A stretch of DNA of 64,000 nt from Vicinamibacteria bacterium (lineage in GTDB: Bacteria; Acidobacteriota; Vicinamibacteria; Marinacidobacterales; Marinacidobacteraceae): NCBI GenBank assembly GCA_963668695.2, contig CAXXLQ010000004.1, positions 2,752,001-2,816,000 of the forward strand, written 5' to 3'. The notes beneath the pieces were generated by a model. It saw nothing but the letters and a program-made list of their open reading frames with translations, had not been told where the DNA came from and made no database searches. A program made the translations under genes and the position numbers. Shown one piece after another: positions 18,412-27,783 of this stretch; within the stretch, counting starts at the first letter, position 1, and the number at the start of each line of letters is the position of its first letter.

Positions 18412-21039
18412 ATGACCACCAAATCCGATCTCCGGACCCCGCTCCCGGGCGCTGTCCGCACCCTTCGCGCTCTTGGCCTCTCCGGCCTTGTCGCCCTCGG
18501 CAGCTTCTCTACCCAGGCCGCAGCTCAAATCCCTGCCCCTGAGGAGTTCTTCGGACACCGCATGGGTGCGGACCGCAAGCTCGCCCACTGGGACCGGCTC
18601 GTCGAGTACTACGAGCTCATCGGCGGGGCGAGCGACCGGGTCCAGGTCGTCAACATGGGTCCCTCGACGCTCGGGCGGCCCTTCCTCTCGATCTTCATCT
18701 CCTCCCCGGAGAATCTGGCCCGGCTCGACGACTACCAGCGGATGAACGCAGTCCTCCAGGACCCGCGCGGGCATTCGCAGGGGGAAATTGACCAGGCCAT
18801 CGCCGAGGGCAAGGTCGTCTTCGTCCAGTCCTACGCGCTCCACTCGACGGAGGTGGCGGCCGCCCAGTCGGCGGCGGAGATCGTCTGGTCCTTTGCCAAC
18901 CGCGACGACCCCGGGATCCACGAGATCCTCGACAACACGATCTCCATCCTGATCCCCTCCTTCAACCCCGACGGGGTGGACCTGGTGAACGAGTGGTACG
19001 ACCGCTGGGTGGGCACCGAATACGAAGGGGCGGGTCCGCCCGGGCTGTACCACCACTACATCGGGCACGACAACAACCGCGACGCCTTCATGCAGAACAC
19101 GGTGGAGTCGCGATACGGGGCCCAGATCATGTTCCGCGAGTGGATTCCGCAGGCGTATATCGACCACCACCAAATGGGGGCTTACACCGCCCGCATCTAT
19201 CTGCCGCCGTACGCCGAGCCCATCCGTCCCGCTGGCGACCCGCTCGTCTGGCGGGAGATGTCCTGGTACGGCGCGCAGATGGCATACCGCATGGAGGAAG
19301 AGGGCCTCGAGGGGGCGGTGAACGCCGCGATCTATTCCGGCTGGGGGCATTTCGGGTTCCACTGGCTCACTCCCTTCCACAACATCGCCGGGATGCTCAC
19401 CGAGTCCGCCAGCGCTCGTCTGGCGACGCCGCTGTTCGTGCATCCGGACCAGCTCCGGGGCTCCCGAGCGCTCCCGGAATACGAAGCGCAGACCACCTTC
19501 CCGAACCCCTGGCCCGGCGGCTGGTGGCGGGTGCGCGACATCGTGGACCGGCAGATCTCCGCCACCTTCTCCCCGCTCGAGATGGCCGCCCGGAACCGCG
19601 AGACCGTCCTGCGGAACGCCTGGAACAAGGCCAGCCGCCAGATCCGGCGCGGCGCCGAGGACGAGGTCAAGGCGTACCTCGTGCCGGCGCGCCAGCACGA
19701 CCCGCTGACCATGGGCAAGATGGTGGACAAGCTGCTCCTCCAGGGGATCACCATGGAGCGCTCGTCCACCGGCTTCATCCATGAGGGCCGGGTGTACGGG
19801 CCGGGGACCTGGGTGGTGTCGCTCGCGCAGCCGAAGCGCGGCGTCGTCCGCTGGCTCCTGGGTCGCACCCTCTACCCGGACAACACCTACACGCGCACCG
19901 CCGGCGGCGATCCGATCCGTCCCTACGACATGTCCGGCGACGTGCTGGCCGAGTTCATGGGAGTGCGCGTGGACGAGGCGCGCACGCCGGTGGAGGCGGA
20001 GCTCGAAGTGGTCGCCGAAAGGAAGCTGCCCCCGGGGACGGTCGCGTCCACCGCGCCGGGCGGCTACCTCATGGACGGCGCGCTGAACGACGCGTTCAAG
20101 GCGGTGAACCTGCTGTTCGATGCGGGTGCGTCCCTCCGCCGCGTCACCGAGGACACTGGCATGGCGAAGCGCGGGGACTTCATCGTCGCCCGGGAGACCG
20201 CCGGGGAGACGCTCGGCGAGGTGGCGGAAGCCACCGGAGTCAGCTTCACCGCCCTCGCTACCGACGCTTCCGGCGCCTCGCACCCGCTGTCGCAGCAGCG
20301 CATCGGGATGTACCAGCGCTACTACGGCGGCAACATGGACGAGGGTTGGACCCGCTGGCTCCTCGAGGACTTCGGTTTCGATTACACCAGTCTCTTCGAC
20401 GAGGAGATCCTCGCCGGCGAGCTGCACGAGCGCTGGGATGTGATCGTCCTTCCCGCCGACTCGAAGGCCATGATGCTCGGGCCGTCCGGGGATTCCCCGG
20501 GTGGGTTCGGCCCCGACCCCAACCAGACGCCGCCGGACTACCGGAGCGGTTTCGGAGCGGAGGGCGCCGAGGCCCTCGAGGCTTTCGTTGAAAACGGCGG
20601 CACCCTCGTGACCTTCGCCCAGGCGGGACAGCTGGTGCTCGACGAGTTCGATGTTCCGGTGCGCGACGCCGTGGCCGGCAGGTGGGGGAACGAGTTCTGG
20701 GCGCCGGGCTCGACGCTCAAGGTCAAGGTGGACACCTCGAGTCCGTTTGCGTACGGGATGCCGGAGGATGCGCTCGCCGCCTATCTCGCCGGCGGGCAGG
20801 TCTACGAGACGGTCCCCGGCGCGCGCAGCGCCGACGTGCGGCGTGTGCTGACCTACGTGGATCGGGACATCCTGCAAAGCGGCTGGCTGCTCGGCGAGGA
20901 CGCCATCGCCGGCAAGGCCGCCATGGTGTCGGTTGACCACGGGGAGGGTCAGGTCGTGATGATCGGCTTCCGCGCGCAGCACCGCGCCCAGACCCACGGC
21001 ACCTACAAGCTGTTCTTCAACGCGCTGGTGGGGGAGTAG
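18412..21039 (+). CDS. secreted M14 zinc carboxypeptidase-like protein with C-terminal glutamine-amidotransferase-like domain
   Basis: LHSTE (HxxE), NPDG, DNNRD, DHHQ motifs; signal peptide. Confidence 0.85.
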   Translation: MTTKSDLRTPLPGAVRTLRALGLSGLVALGSFSTQAAAQIPAPEEFFGHRMGADRKLAHWDRLVEYYELIGGASDRVQVVNMGPSTLGRPFLSIFISSPENLARLDDYQRMNAVLQDPRGHSQGEIDQAIAEGKVVFVQSYALHSTEVAAAQSAAEIVWSFANRDDPGIHEILDNTISILIPSFNPDGVDLVNEWYDRWVGTEYEGAGPPGLYHHYIGHDNNRDAFMQNTVESRYGAQIMFREWIPQAYIDHHQMGAYTARIYLPPYAEPIRPAGDPLVWREMSWYGAQMAYRMEEEGLEGAVNAAIYSGWGHFGFHWLTPFHNIAGMLTESASARLATPLFVHPDQLRGSRALPEYEAQTTFPNPWPGGWWRVRDIVDRQISATFSPLEMAARNRETVLRNAWNKASRQIRRGAEDEVKAYLVPARQHDPLTMGKMVDKLLLQGITMERSSTGFIHEGRVYGPGTWVVSLAQPKRGVVRWLLGRTLYPDNTYTRTAGGDPIRPYDMSGDVLAEFMGVRVDEARTPVEAELEVVAERKLPPGTVASTAPGGYLMDGALNDAFKAVNLLFDAGASLRRVTEDTGMAKRGDFIVARETAGETLGEVAEATGVSFTALATDASGASHPLSQQRIGMYQRYYGGNMDEGWTRWLLEDFGFDYTSLFDEEILAGELHERWDVIVLPADSKAMMLGPSGDSPGGFGPDPNQTPPDYRSGFGAEGAEALEAFVENGGTLVTFAQAGQLVLDEFDVPVRDAVAGRWGNEFWAPGSTLKVKVDTSSPFAYGMPEDALAAYLAGGQVYETVPGARSADVRRVLTYVDRDILQSGWLLGEDAIAGKAAMVSVDHGEGQVVMIGFRAQHRAQTHGTYKLFFNALVGE

Positions 21040-21065
21040 GGCGCCTCACCGGAAACGCGGCCCGC

Positions 21066-21160
21066 CGGCCGGCGAAAAAGCGGTCCGACGGCCGGCGAAA
21101 AAGCGGGCGGCCGATTCTTCGGAAGGTCCCTTGTCCTAGCGGAAGGTCCCTTGTCGTAGC
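21066..21160. repeat. two pairs of short direct repeats between convergent genes
   Basis: CGGCCGGCGAAAAAGCGG at 21066 and 21089; CGGAAGGTCCCTTGTC(C/G)TAGC at 21120 and 21140. Confidence 0.8.
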
Positions 21161-22161
21161 TAGGCCGGGACGGGCTCGGCGCCGACCGTGGTCCGATCCT
21201 GGTTCTTGAGGATCCACTCACCGGTCAGGGCGAGCCCCGCTTCGAGGGACGTCTTGGGCGTCCAGCCGAGGCCGCGAATCCGGCCCGTGTCCATGCTGTA
21301 ACGGCGGTCATGTCCGGGCCGGTCGGCCACGTGGGCGATACGGCCCTTCCGGCCGCTCATCCGCTCCGCGAGAGTCAGGATGTGACCCGCCATCTCCAGA
21401 TTCGTTCTGCGATCCTCGCTGCCGACGTTGTAGATGGCGCCCGGGGTTCCGGCGCGCAGGAGCAGATCCAGCGCGGCGCAGTGGTCGGCGACGAAGAGCC
21501 AGTCGCGGATCTGCCGTCCGTCCCCGTACACCGGAAGCGCCTCGCCGGCGAGCGCCTTGGCGAAGAAGGTCGGAGTCATCTTCTCGTGGTGTTGGCGCGG
21601 GCCGTAGGTGTTGGCGCCGCGACTGATGATCACCGGCAGTCCGTGAGTGGCACGGTAGGCAAGGGCCAACAGATCGGCGCCGGCCTTGCTGGCGGCATAC
21701 GGGTTCTTGGGCGCCAGGGGCGCTTCTTCGTCGACGTCTCCCTCCGGGATCTCCCCGTAGACCTCGTCCGTCGAGACCTGGAGGAGCAGCCTTCCCCGTG
21801 GGGATCGGCGGAAAGCTTCCAACAGGACCGCGGTCCCCAGGGTGTCGGTGCGGGCGAAGGCCTCGCCATCGAGGATGGCGCGGTCCACGTGGGTCTCGGC
21901 AGCGAAATTGATCACGTAGTCCGCCCGGGCGGCCAGCGGCTCGCTGACTGCCTGGTCGCAGATGTCGCCGTGGATGAACTCGTGGCGGGGATTCGCGAGC
22001 GCGGCGCCGAGGTTGTCCAGGGACCCCGCGTAGGTCAACTTGTCCAACGTGACGACCCGGCAGTCCGGGTAGCGGGCGAGCAGGAGGTCCACGAAGTGGC
22101 TTCCGATGAAGCCGGCTCCGCCGGGCACCAGAAACGTCGGGTCGGCAGGCACTTTGGACAT
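21160..22161 (-). CDS. rfbB: dTDP-glucose 4,6-dehydratase
   Basis: GGAGFIGS, LDKLTYAG, FAAETHVD, STDEVYG, YAASK, DRPGHDRRY. Confidence 0.92.
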   Translation of the reverse strand: MSKVPADPTFLVPGGAGFIGSHFVDLLLARYPDCRVVTLDKLTYAGSLDNLGAALANPRHEFIHGDICDQAVSEPLAARADYVINFAAETHVDRAILDGEAFARTDTLGTAVLLEAFRRSPRGRLLLQVSTDEVYGEIPEGDVDEEAPLAPKNPYAASKAGADLLALAYRATHGLPVIISRGANTYGPRQHHEKMTPTFFAKALAGEALPVYGDGRQIRDWLFVADHCAALDLLLRAGTPGAIYNVGSEDRRTNLEMAGHILTLAERMSGRKGRIAHVADRPGHDRRYSMDTGRIRGLGWTPKTSLEAGLALTGEWILKNQDRTTVGAEPVPA

Positions 22162-22195
22162 CAAGGGCAATTTATGGGTTCTCGACCATTTGCGG

Positions 22196-23206
22196 TCAGG
22201 CGACCTGGAGAACGATCTTGCCGAAGTGGGCGCCGCGTTCCATGCGCTCGAGCGCCGCGGGAAGTTCGGCGAGCGGATAGTGGCTATCGAGGACGGGCCG
22301 GATGTCCGTTCCTTCGAGGAAGCGCACCAGATCCCGGAGCGCCCGGCGGCAGTCGGTCATGACGCCTGCGATCCGGATCCGGCGCATGACCGCGGGTGCG
22401 AACTGCACTTGGGCCTCGAGTCCGGTGAGGGCGCCGAGCAGCGCCACCGTTCCTCCGGCGGCGGTGGCTCGGAGCGACTGGCCAAGCGTCCCGGCGCCGC
22501 CGTTTTCGACGACCAGGTCCGCACCCTCACCGTTCGTGGCCTCCCGCACGGCCCGGTCCCAATCCGCCACTTCCGTGCGGTGGATTCCTACGTCAGCACC
22601 CAGGGATCGGGCTCGTTCCAGCTTTTCGTGAGAAGACGAAGTGATGATCACCCGTGCTCCCAGGGCCTTGGCGATCTGGAGAGCGAACACGGAAACCCCG
22701 CCGGTCCCCAGGGTGAGGACCGTCTGGCCGGCCTGAATCGGGCCCTCGGTGACGAGGGCGCTCCACGCGGTAAGGGCTGCGATAGGAAGCGAAGCGGCCT
22801 CTTCGTGGCTCCACCCGGAAGGTGCGTGACAAAGCGCCGCCTCCGGGAGGACGACTTGTTCCTGGCCCATCCCCGGGCCCGGTCCGCCCAGCGTGGCCCG
22901 CGAGTACTCGCGCCGGAAGCGGCCGTCTTCCCAGCCCACCACCGGATGGGTGATGACCCGATCTCCGGGCGAGAAGGCAGCGACTCCCTCGGAGACTTCG
23001 AGGACAACGCCCGCTCCGTCGCTGACCGGAACCTGGGGCAGCGGCAGCCGCGGGTTGTAGAGCCCTTTCAGGATCAAGAGGTCCCGGTAGTTCAGCGAAG
23101 CGGCGTGAAGTCCGACCAGAACCTCGCCCGGACCCGGCTCGTCGGGGCGGCACTCCTCGATTCGGAGGTTTTCGGCGCCAAACCGATGGAATACCCAGCG
23201 CTTCAC
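22196..23206 (-). CDS. MDR-family (Zn-independent) NAD(P)-dependent oxidoreductase
   Basis: ASLNYRD, SDGAG, LTAWSAL, GTGGVS, HFGKIV; start inferred at GTG 23206. Confidence 0.85.
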   Translation of the reverse strand: MKRWVFHRFGAENLRIEECRPDEPGPGEVLVGLHAASLNYRDLLILKGLYNPRLPLPQVPVSDGAGVVLEVSEGVAAFSPGDRVITHPVVGWEDGRFRREYSRATLGGPGPGMGQEQVVLPEAALCHAPSGWSHEEAASLPIAALTAWSALVTEGPIQAGQTVLTLGTGGVSVFALQIAKALGARVIITSSSHEKLERARSLGADVGIHRTEVADWDRAVREATNGEGADLVVENGGAGTLGQSLRATAAGGTVALLGALTGLEAQVQFAPAVMRRIRIAGVMTDCRRALRDLVRFLEGTDIRPVLDSHYPLAELPAALERMERGAHFGKIVLQVA

Positions 23207-23314
23207 GGGGGGCAGTGTACCGAGCGGCCCCGGCGATCGGCGCTCTTCTCCTGGCGGTGACTCCGCTCGATCCGCGCCTCCCGATGGTTCGCCCCGGCCA
23301 ATCGACACTGTCAG

Positions 23315-23520
23315 CAGCCGGTGGTGAAACCCACGCGGCGTTCGAGCGGCGATGCATCCTTGCTGAACCGCTTCGCTCGTCGTTGCGCTTCGGTCGAAAT
23401 ACACCCGGGCCAGTTCTCCCGGTGGGGGCTCCTCCCTCGCGCGCCTTGTCAGCCGGGCGCCTCGCCCCCACCGGGAGAACTGGCCGCTCTCGGCGCTCAC
23501 GCGGATTTCGCCACGGGCTG
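23315..23520 (+). mobile_element. MITE family A copy 6 (206 bp; two nested 21-mers)
   Basis: TIRs CAGCCGGTGG / CCACGGGCTG; flanks TCAG/CTAG. Confidence 0.88.
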
Positions 23521-23535
23521 CTAGTGTTCGCCCGC

Positions 23536-23991
23536 ATGTCCGAGGGCACGCTTTTCGACCGGATCATCCGGGGCGAACTGCCGAGTTACCGCGTCTATGA
23601 GGACGACTTGGTGTACGCGTTCCTGGACATCGGCCCGCAGAGCGCCGGACATCTGGTGGTGGTACCGAAGGAAAGCAAGGAAACCCTCGGTGAACTGTCC
23701 GACGACTCCTCCGCCGCCATCGGAAGGGTGCTGCCCCGGATCTGCCGGGCGGTCGCGAAGGCCACCGGCACCCCGCACTGCAACATACTCCAGAACAACG
23801 GTCAGCCCGCCGGCCAGGCGGTTCCCCACGTACACTTCCATGTCATCCCCGCCCACGGCCGCCGGAGCGAACCGGGGCAAGGACTTCACACGGTCTGGCG
23901 TCCGGGGTCACTCGGCGCCCCCGAAGGAGAGCGAATCTCGGCAGGTATTCGCGACGCCCTCGCTGATGAAGTGGCGGCTCGCGGCTCCTGA
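23536..23991 (+). CDS. HIT family nucleotide hydrolase
   Basis: TLFDRIIRGELP, AFLDI, GH.VVVPK, HVHFHVI histidine triad. Confidence 0.92.
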   Translation: MSEGTLFDRIIRGELPSYRVYEDDLVYAFLDIGPQSAGHLVVVPKESKETLGELSDDSSAAIGRVLPRICRAVAKATGTPHCNILQNNGQPAGQAVPHVHFHVIPAHGRRSEPGQGLHTVWRPGSLGAPEGERISAGIRDALADEVAARGS

Positions 23992-24048
23992 TTCCGGAGG
24001 ACGCCGCCACTTGGCCATGACGCCGGGTGGCCGTCCGCAGAAAGCACG

Positions 24049-25809
24049 ATGACCAAACCCTGGCGGCGAACCGGCGCGCAACTCATCTGGGAGACCCTCC
24101 TGGAGGAGGGTGTGCACACGGTGTTCGGGTATCCGGGCGGAGCCATCCTGCCGGCGTACGACGCCATGCTGGACTACCCGATGCGCCACATCCTCGTGCG
24201 GCACGAACAGGGCGCAACCCACATGGCGGACGGCTACTCCCGGGCGAGCGGGGACGTGGGGGTGGCGGTCGCGACCTCCGGACCCGGCGCGACGAACATG
24301 GTGACCGGGATCGCCACGGCGATGCTGGATTCTTCGCCCATCCTGTGCATCACCGGCCAGGTCGGCAGCGCGCTGATCGGCACCGACGCTTTCCAGGAGA
24401 CCGATGTCACCGGCGTCACCCTTCCGATCACGAAGCACAACTACCTGGTGACCGACGTGGACGACGTCGCGCCGGCGATTCACGAGGCCCTCTACGTCGC
24501 CCGCTCCGGCCGTCCGGGCCCGGTGCTGGTAGACATCACCAAAGACGCCCAGCAGGCATTCACCGAGCAGCGCCCGCGCCTCGGGAAGGTGGACCTACCG
24601 GGTTACCGTCCCGAGCCGAAGCCGCCGGAATCCGAGTTGCGGAGGGCCGCGGAGCTCATCAACCGGGCGAGCCGCCCGGTCATCCTCGCCGGGCACGGCA
24701 TCCTGATATCGGGTGCGATGGGGCAGGTCCGGGAACTGGCCGAGCGCGCCCAAATACCGATCGCCATGACGCTCCTCGGCATCGGCGCGATCCCGGCGAA
24801 CCATTCCCTGAACATGGGAATGATGGGGATGCACGGCGAGTCGTGGGTGAACCAGGCCATCCAGGAGGCCGACCTGCTCATCGCGCTCGGGATGCGGTTC
24901 GACGATCGGGTCACCGGCAACCTCAAGACCTACGCCCCGAACGCCGCCAAGATCCACATCGACATCGATCCGGCCGAATTCAACAAAAACGTCCGGGTGG
25001 ACGTGGCCCTCGCCGGCGATCTGGCGGCCGTGCTCACCCATCTCTCACCCGAGGTCGAGGCCCGGGACCGCTCGGAATGGCTGGGGACGATCTCCGGCTT
25101 CAAGGGGGACACGTCGGTCCGCGACATCCAGGACCTGCCCGATATGGGGCGCCTGTATGCGGCGCACGTTATTCACGACATCTGGCGCATGACCGGCGGG
25201 AAGGCGATCGTGGCGACGGATGTCGGCCAGCACCAGATGTGGGAAGCCCAGTACTACCCGCACAACAAACCCCGGTCGCTGATCACGTCCGGCGGACTGG
25301 GGACGATGGGGTTCGCGCTACCGGCCGCGATCGGCGCCAAGGTGGCGCGCCCCGATGAGGAGGTGTGGGTCATCGCGGGAGACGGCGGCTTCCAGATGAC
25401 CATGTGCGAGCTGGCCACGATCGCGCAGGAACGGCTGAAGATCAACATCGCCATCATCAATAACGGGTACCTGGGCATGGTGCGGCAGTGGCAGGAGTTC
25501 TTCTACGACCGCCGCTATGCCGGAACCCCGATCCTGAGCCCGGATTTCGCCGCCCTCGCCCGGTCCTTCGGACTCGGCGGCGAGACCGTCCGGAATCGCC
25601 AGGAAGTCGAGAGCGCGGTCGAGGGCGCCCGCGCCGACGAGAGGACCGTGGTCCTCGACTTCAAGGTCGAAAAGGAGGACACGGTGTACCCCATGGTGCC
25701 GACGGGCGCCCGCCTCCAGGACATGATCCGGCGGCCGGGGCCCCACTCGGAAGGCGACCCGGAGCCGGAAGGCGACCCGGTGACTGCCGGCGGCCCCCGG
25801 GAGTGGTGA
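24049..25809 (+). CDS. ilvB: acetolactate synthase large subunit
   Basis: FGYPGGA, RHEQGA, TSGPGATN, GMHG, RFDDR, GDGGFQM...NNGYLGMVRQWQ. Confidence 0.95.
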   Translation: MTKPWRRTGAQLIWETLLEEGVHTVFGYPGGAILPAYDAMLDYPMRHILVRHEQGATHMADGYSRASGDVGVAVATSGPGATNMVTGIATAMLDSSPILCITGQVGSALIGTDAFQETDVTGVTLPITKHNYLVTDVDDVAPAIHEALYVARSGRPGPVLVDITKDAQQAFTEQRPRLGKVDLPGYRPEPKPPESELRRAAELINRASRPVILAGHGILISGAMGQVRELAERAQIPIAMTLLGIGAIPANHSLNMGMMGMHGESWVNQAIQEADLLIALGMRFDDRVTGNLKTYAPNAAKIHIDIDPAEFNKNVRVDVALAGDLAAVLTHLSPEVEARDRSEWLGTISGFKGDTSVRDIQDLPDMGRLYAAHVIHDIWRMTGGKAIVATDVGQHQMWEAQYYPHNKPRSLITSGGLGTMGFALPAAIGAKVARPDEEVWVIAGDGGFQMTMCELATIAQERLKINIAIINNGYLGMVRQWQEFFYDRRYAGTPILSPDFAALARSFGLGGETVRNRQEVESAVEGARADERTVVLDFKVEKEDTVYPMVPTGARLQDMIRRPGPHSEGDPEPEGDPVTAGGPREW

Positions 25810-25813
25810 GCAG

Positions 25814-26404
25814 GTGACTTCCGATCCGGTGGAGCGACCGAGGCCGCACATCCTCGCGGTCTGGGTGGAGGACCTTCCCGGGGTCCTGAACCGCGTCACC
25901 TCGCTCTTCCGGCGCCGCGGCTTCAACATCGAGTCGCTCACCGTCGGACCCGCGCGAGCCCCGGGGGTGTCCCGGATGACGATCGTGCTGCGGGCGGACC
26001 CGACGGCCGCGCGCCGGATGCTGGTCCAGCTTTCCCGTCTCGTCAACGTGCTGCGCATCGACGAGATTACGAACGAGCCCACGATCCGCCACGAGCTGGC
26101 CATGTTCAAGGTCTCGGCCGCCCCCGAGGAACGCTCCCAGGTGATCCATTTGGCGGGTGCTATCGGGGCCCGCCTGGTGGATATCGCGCCAGGGTCGGTG
26201 GTGATCGAGGCCACCGCTTCGCCGCAAAAGATTGATGGGCTCGCCGAAGTGCTGCGCCCCTACGGGATCCTGGAACAGGTTCGCACCGGAATGGTCGGGA
26301 TGGCGCGGGGCGCTGCGAGCGTCATGACCGACCCGGATGCCCGGAATCCACCGAAACGCCGGATCTCGCGGGACGAGGACGACGGCGGATCGCAGTCCGT
26401 TTAA
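25814..26404 (+). CDS. ilvN: acetolactate synthase small regulatory subunit
   Basis: ACT domain PGVLNRVTSLFRRRGFNIESL; follows ilvB. Confidence 0.93.
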   Translation: MTSDPVERPRPHILAVWVEDLPGVLNRVTSLFRRRGFNIESLTVGPARAPGVSRMTIVLRADPTAARRMLVQLSRLVNVLRIDEITNEPTIRHELAMFKVSAAPEERSQVIHLAGAIGARLVDIAPGSVVIEATASPQKIDGLAEVLRPYGILEQVRTGMVGMARGAASVMTDPDARNPPKRRISRDEDDGGSQSV

Positions 26405-26583
26405 CAGCCTGTGGCGAAACCCAGGCGGCGTTCGGCCGGCGATCCATCCCGGCTGAACCGCGTCGCTTTGCGCCGCTCATCGTTGCGTTTCGGTCGCAAT
26501 ACACCAGGTATTCCTCCCTCACGCGCCTTGTCAGCCGGGCGCCTCCCCGGCCTCGGCGCTCACCCGGGTTCCACCACAGGCCG
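26405..26583 (+). mobile_element. MITE family A copy 7 (179 bp) between ilvN and ilvC
   Basis: TIRs present; flanks TTAA/TTAG; left flank contains the ilvN stop codon. Confidence 0.9.
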
Positions 26584-26707
26584 TTAGGATTTTCTCAGCA
26601 GCGAAGGCAGACTCTCCCTTTCTTGTCACGCCCGCGGTTTGCGGGCGCCTTTGACGCAACGTTTTCCGGCGAAATGGACGCTTCGCCGCCCCCGGAGGAT
26701 CTCTTCC

Positions 26708-27721
26708 ATGGCCACCATTTACTACGACGACGCGGCGGATCTCGAACTGATCCGCAGCAAGAAGGTTGCCGTCTTCGGCTACGGCTCGCAGGGCCACGCG
26801 CATGCCCTCAACCTCCGCGACAGCGGCGTCGAGGTGCGGATTGCGCTCCACGCCGGGAGCCGCTCCCGCGCCCGGGCGGAAGCCGAAGGACTCACCGTGC
26901 TCTCGGGAAGCGAAGCGGCGGCCTGGGCCGACGTCATCGTCCTGCTGACTCCGGACACCACCCAGGCGGGGATCTACGAGGAGCAGGTGGCGCCGCATCT
27001 GGCGCCCGGCAAGACGCTCATGTTCGCCCACGGCTTCAACATCCGGTTCGGCACGATCCAGCCACCGGCGCAGATAGACGTTTCCCTTATCGCACCGAAG
27101 GCGCCGGGTCACCGGGTCCGCGAACTGTTCATCGAGGGCGGCGGGACTCCGGCCCTCGTTGCCGTCGAGCAGGACGCTTCGGGGAGCGCGTTGGCGCTCG
27201 CCCTCTCCTATGCCCGGGGGGTCGGCCTCACCCGCGCCGGAGTGATCGAGACCACGTTCGCGGAAGAGACCGAGACCGACCTCTTCGGAGAGCAGAGCGT
27301 CCTCTGCGGCGGAGTCAGCGAACTCGTCAAGGCGGGCTTCGACACGCTGGTGTCCGCCGGATACCAGCCGGAGATCGCCTACTTCGAATGCCTCCACGAA
27401 CTCAAGCTGATCGTGGACCTGATGTACCGCGGCGGCCTCAACTACATGCGCTACTCGGTCAGCGACACCGCCGAACACGGCGACTACCACGGCGGCCGCC
27501 AGATCGTCACCGAGGAGACCCGCGAAGCGATGCGAAAGATCCTCGAGGACGTGCGGAGCGGCGCCTATGCCAAGGGCTGGATCGATGAAGATCGGGAGGG
27601 CCGACCCAACTTCATGGCGCGCCGGCGGGAAGAACAGGAGCACCAGATCGAAACGGTCGGCGCCGAGCTGCGGCGGATGATGCCCTTCCTGGACGCCGTC
27701 ACCCTCAAGGAGTCCGTCTGA
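26708..27721 (+). CDS. ilvC: ketol-acid reductoisomerase
   Basis: [38 protein letters not shown]. Confidence 0.96.
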   Translation: MATIYYDDAADLELIRSKKVAVFGYGSQGHAHALNLRDSGVEVRIALHAGSRSRARAEAEGLTVLSGSEAAAWADVIVLLTPDTTQAGIYEEQVAPHLAPGKTLMFAHGFNIRFGTIQPPAQIDVSLIAPKAPGHRVRELFIEGGGTPALVAVEQDASGSALALALSYARGVGLTRAGVIETTFAEETETDLFGEQSVLCGGVSELVKAGFDTLVSAGYQPEIAYFECLHELKLIVDLMYRGGLNYMRYSVSDTAEHGDYHGGRQIVTEETREAMRKILEDVRSGAYAKGWIDEDREGRPNFMARRREEQEHQIETVGAELRRMMPFLDAVTLKESV

Positions 27722-27783
27722 TTCCGGAGTCCCCACTCCCCGCTTCCCCGTAACATCTCCGGTTTCGTCCGGGGAGGCGCGTC

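Noticed and set aside
17995-20997. 1000-aa reverse-strand ORF (likewise 28030-30327, 8010-9566, 34061-35617)
   Set aside because: Antisense shadows of real high-GC genes; no recognisable motifs
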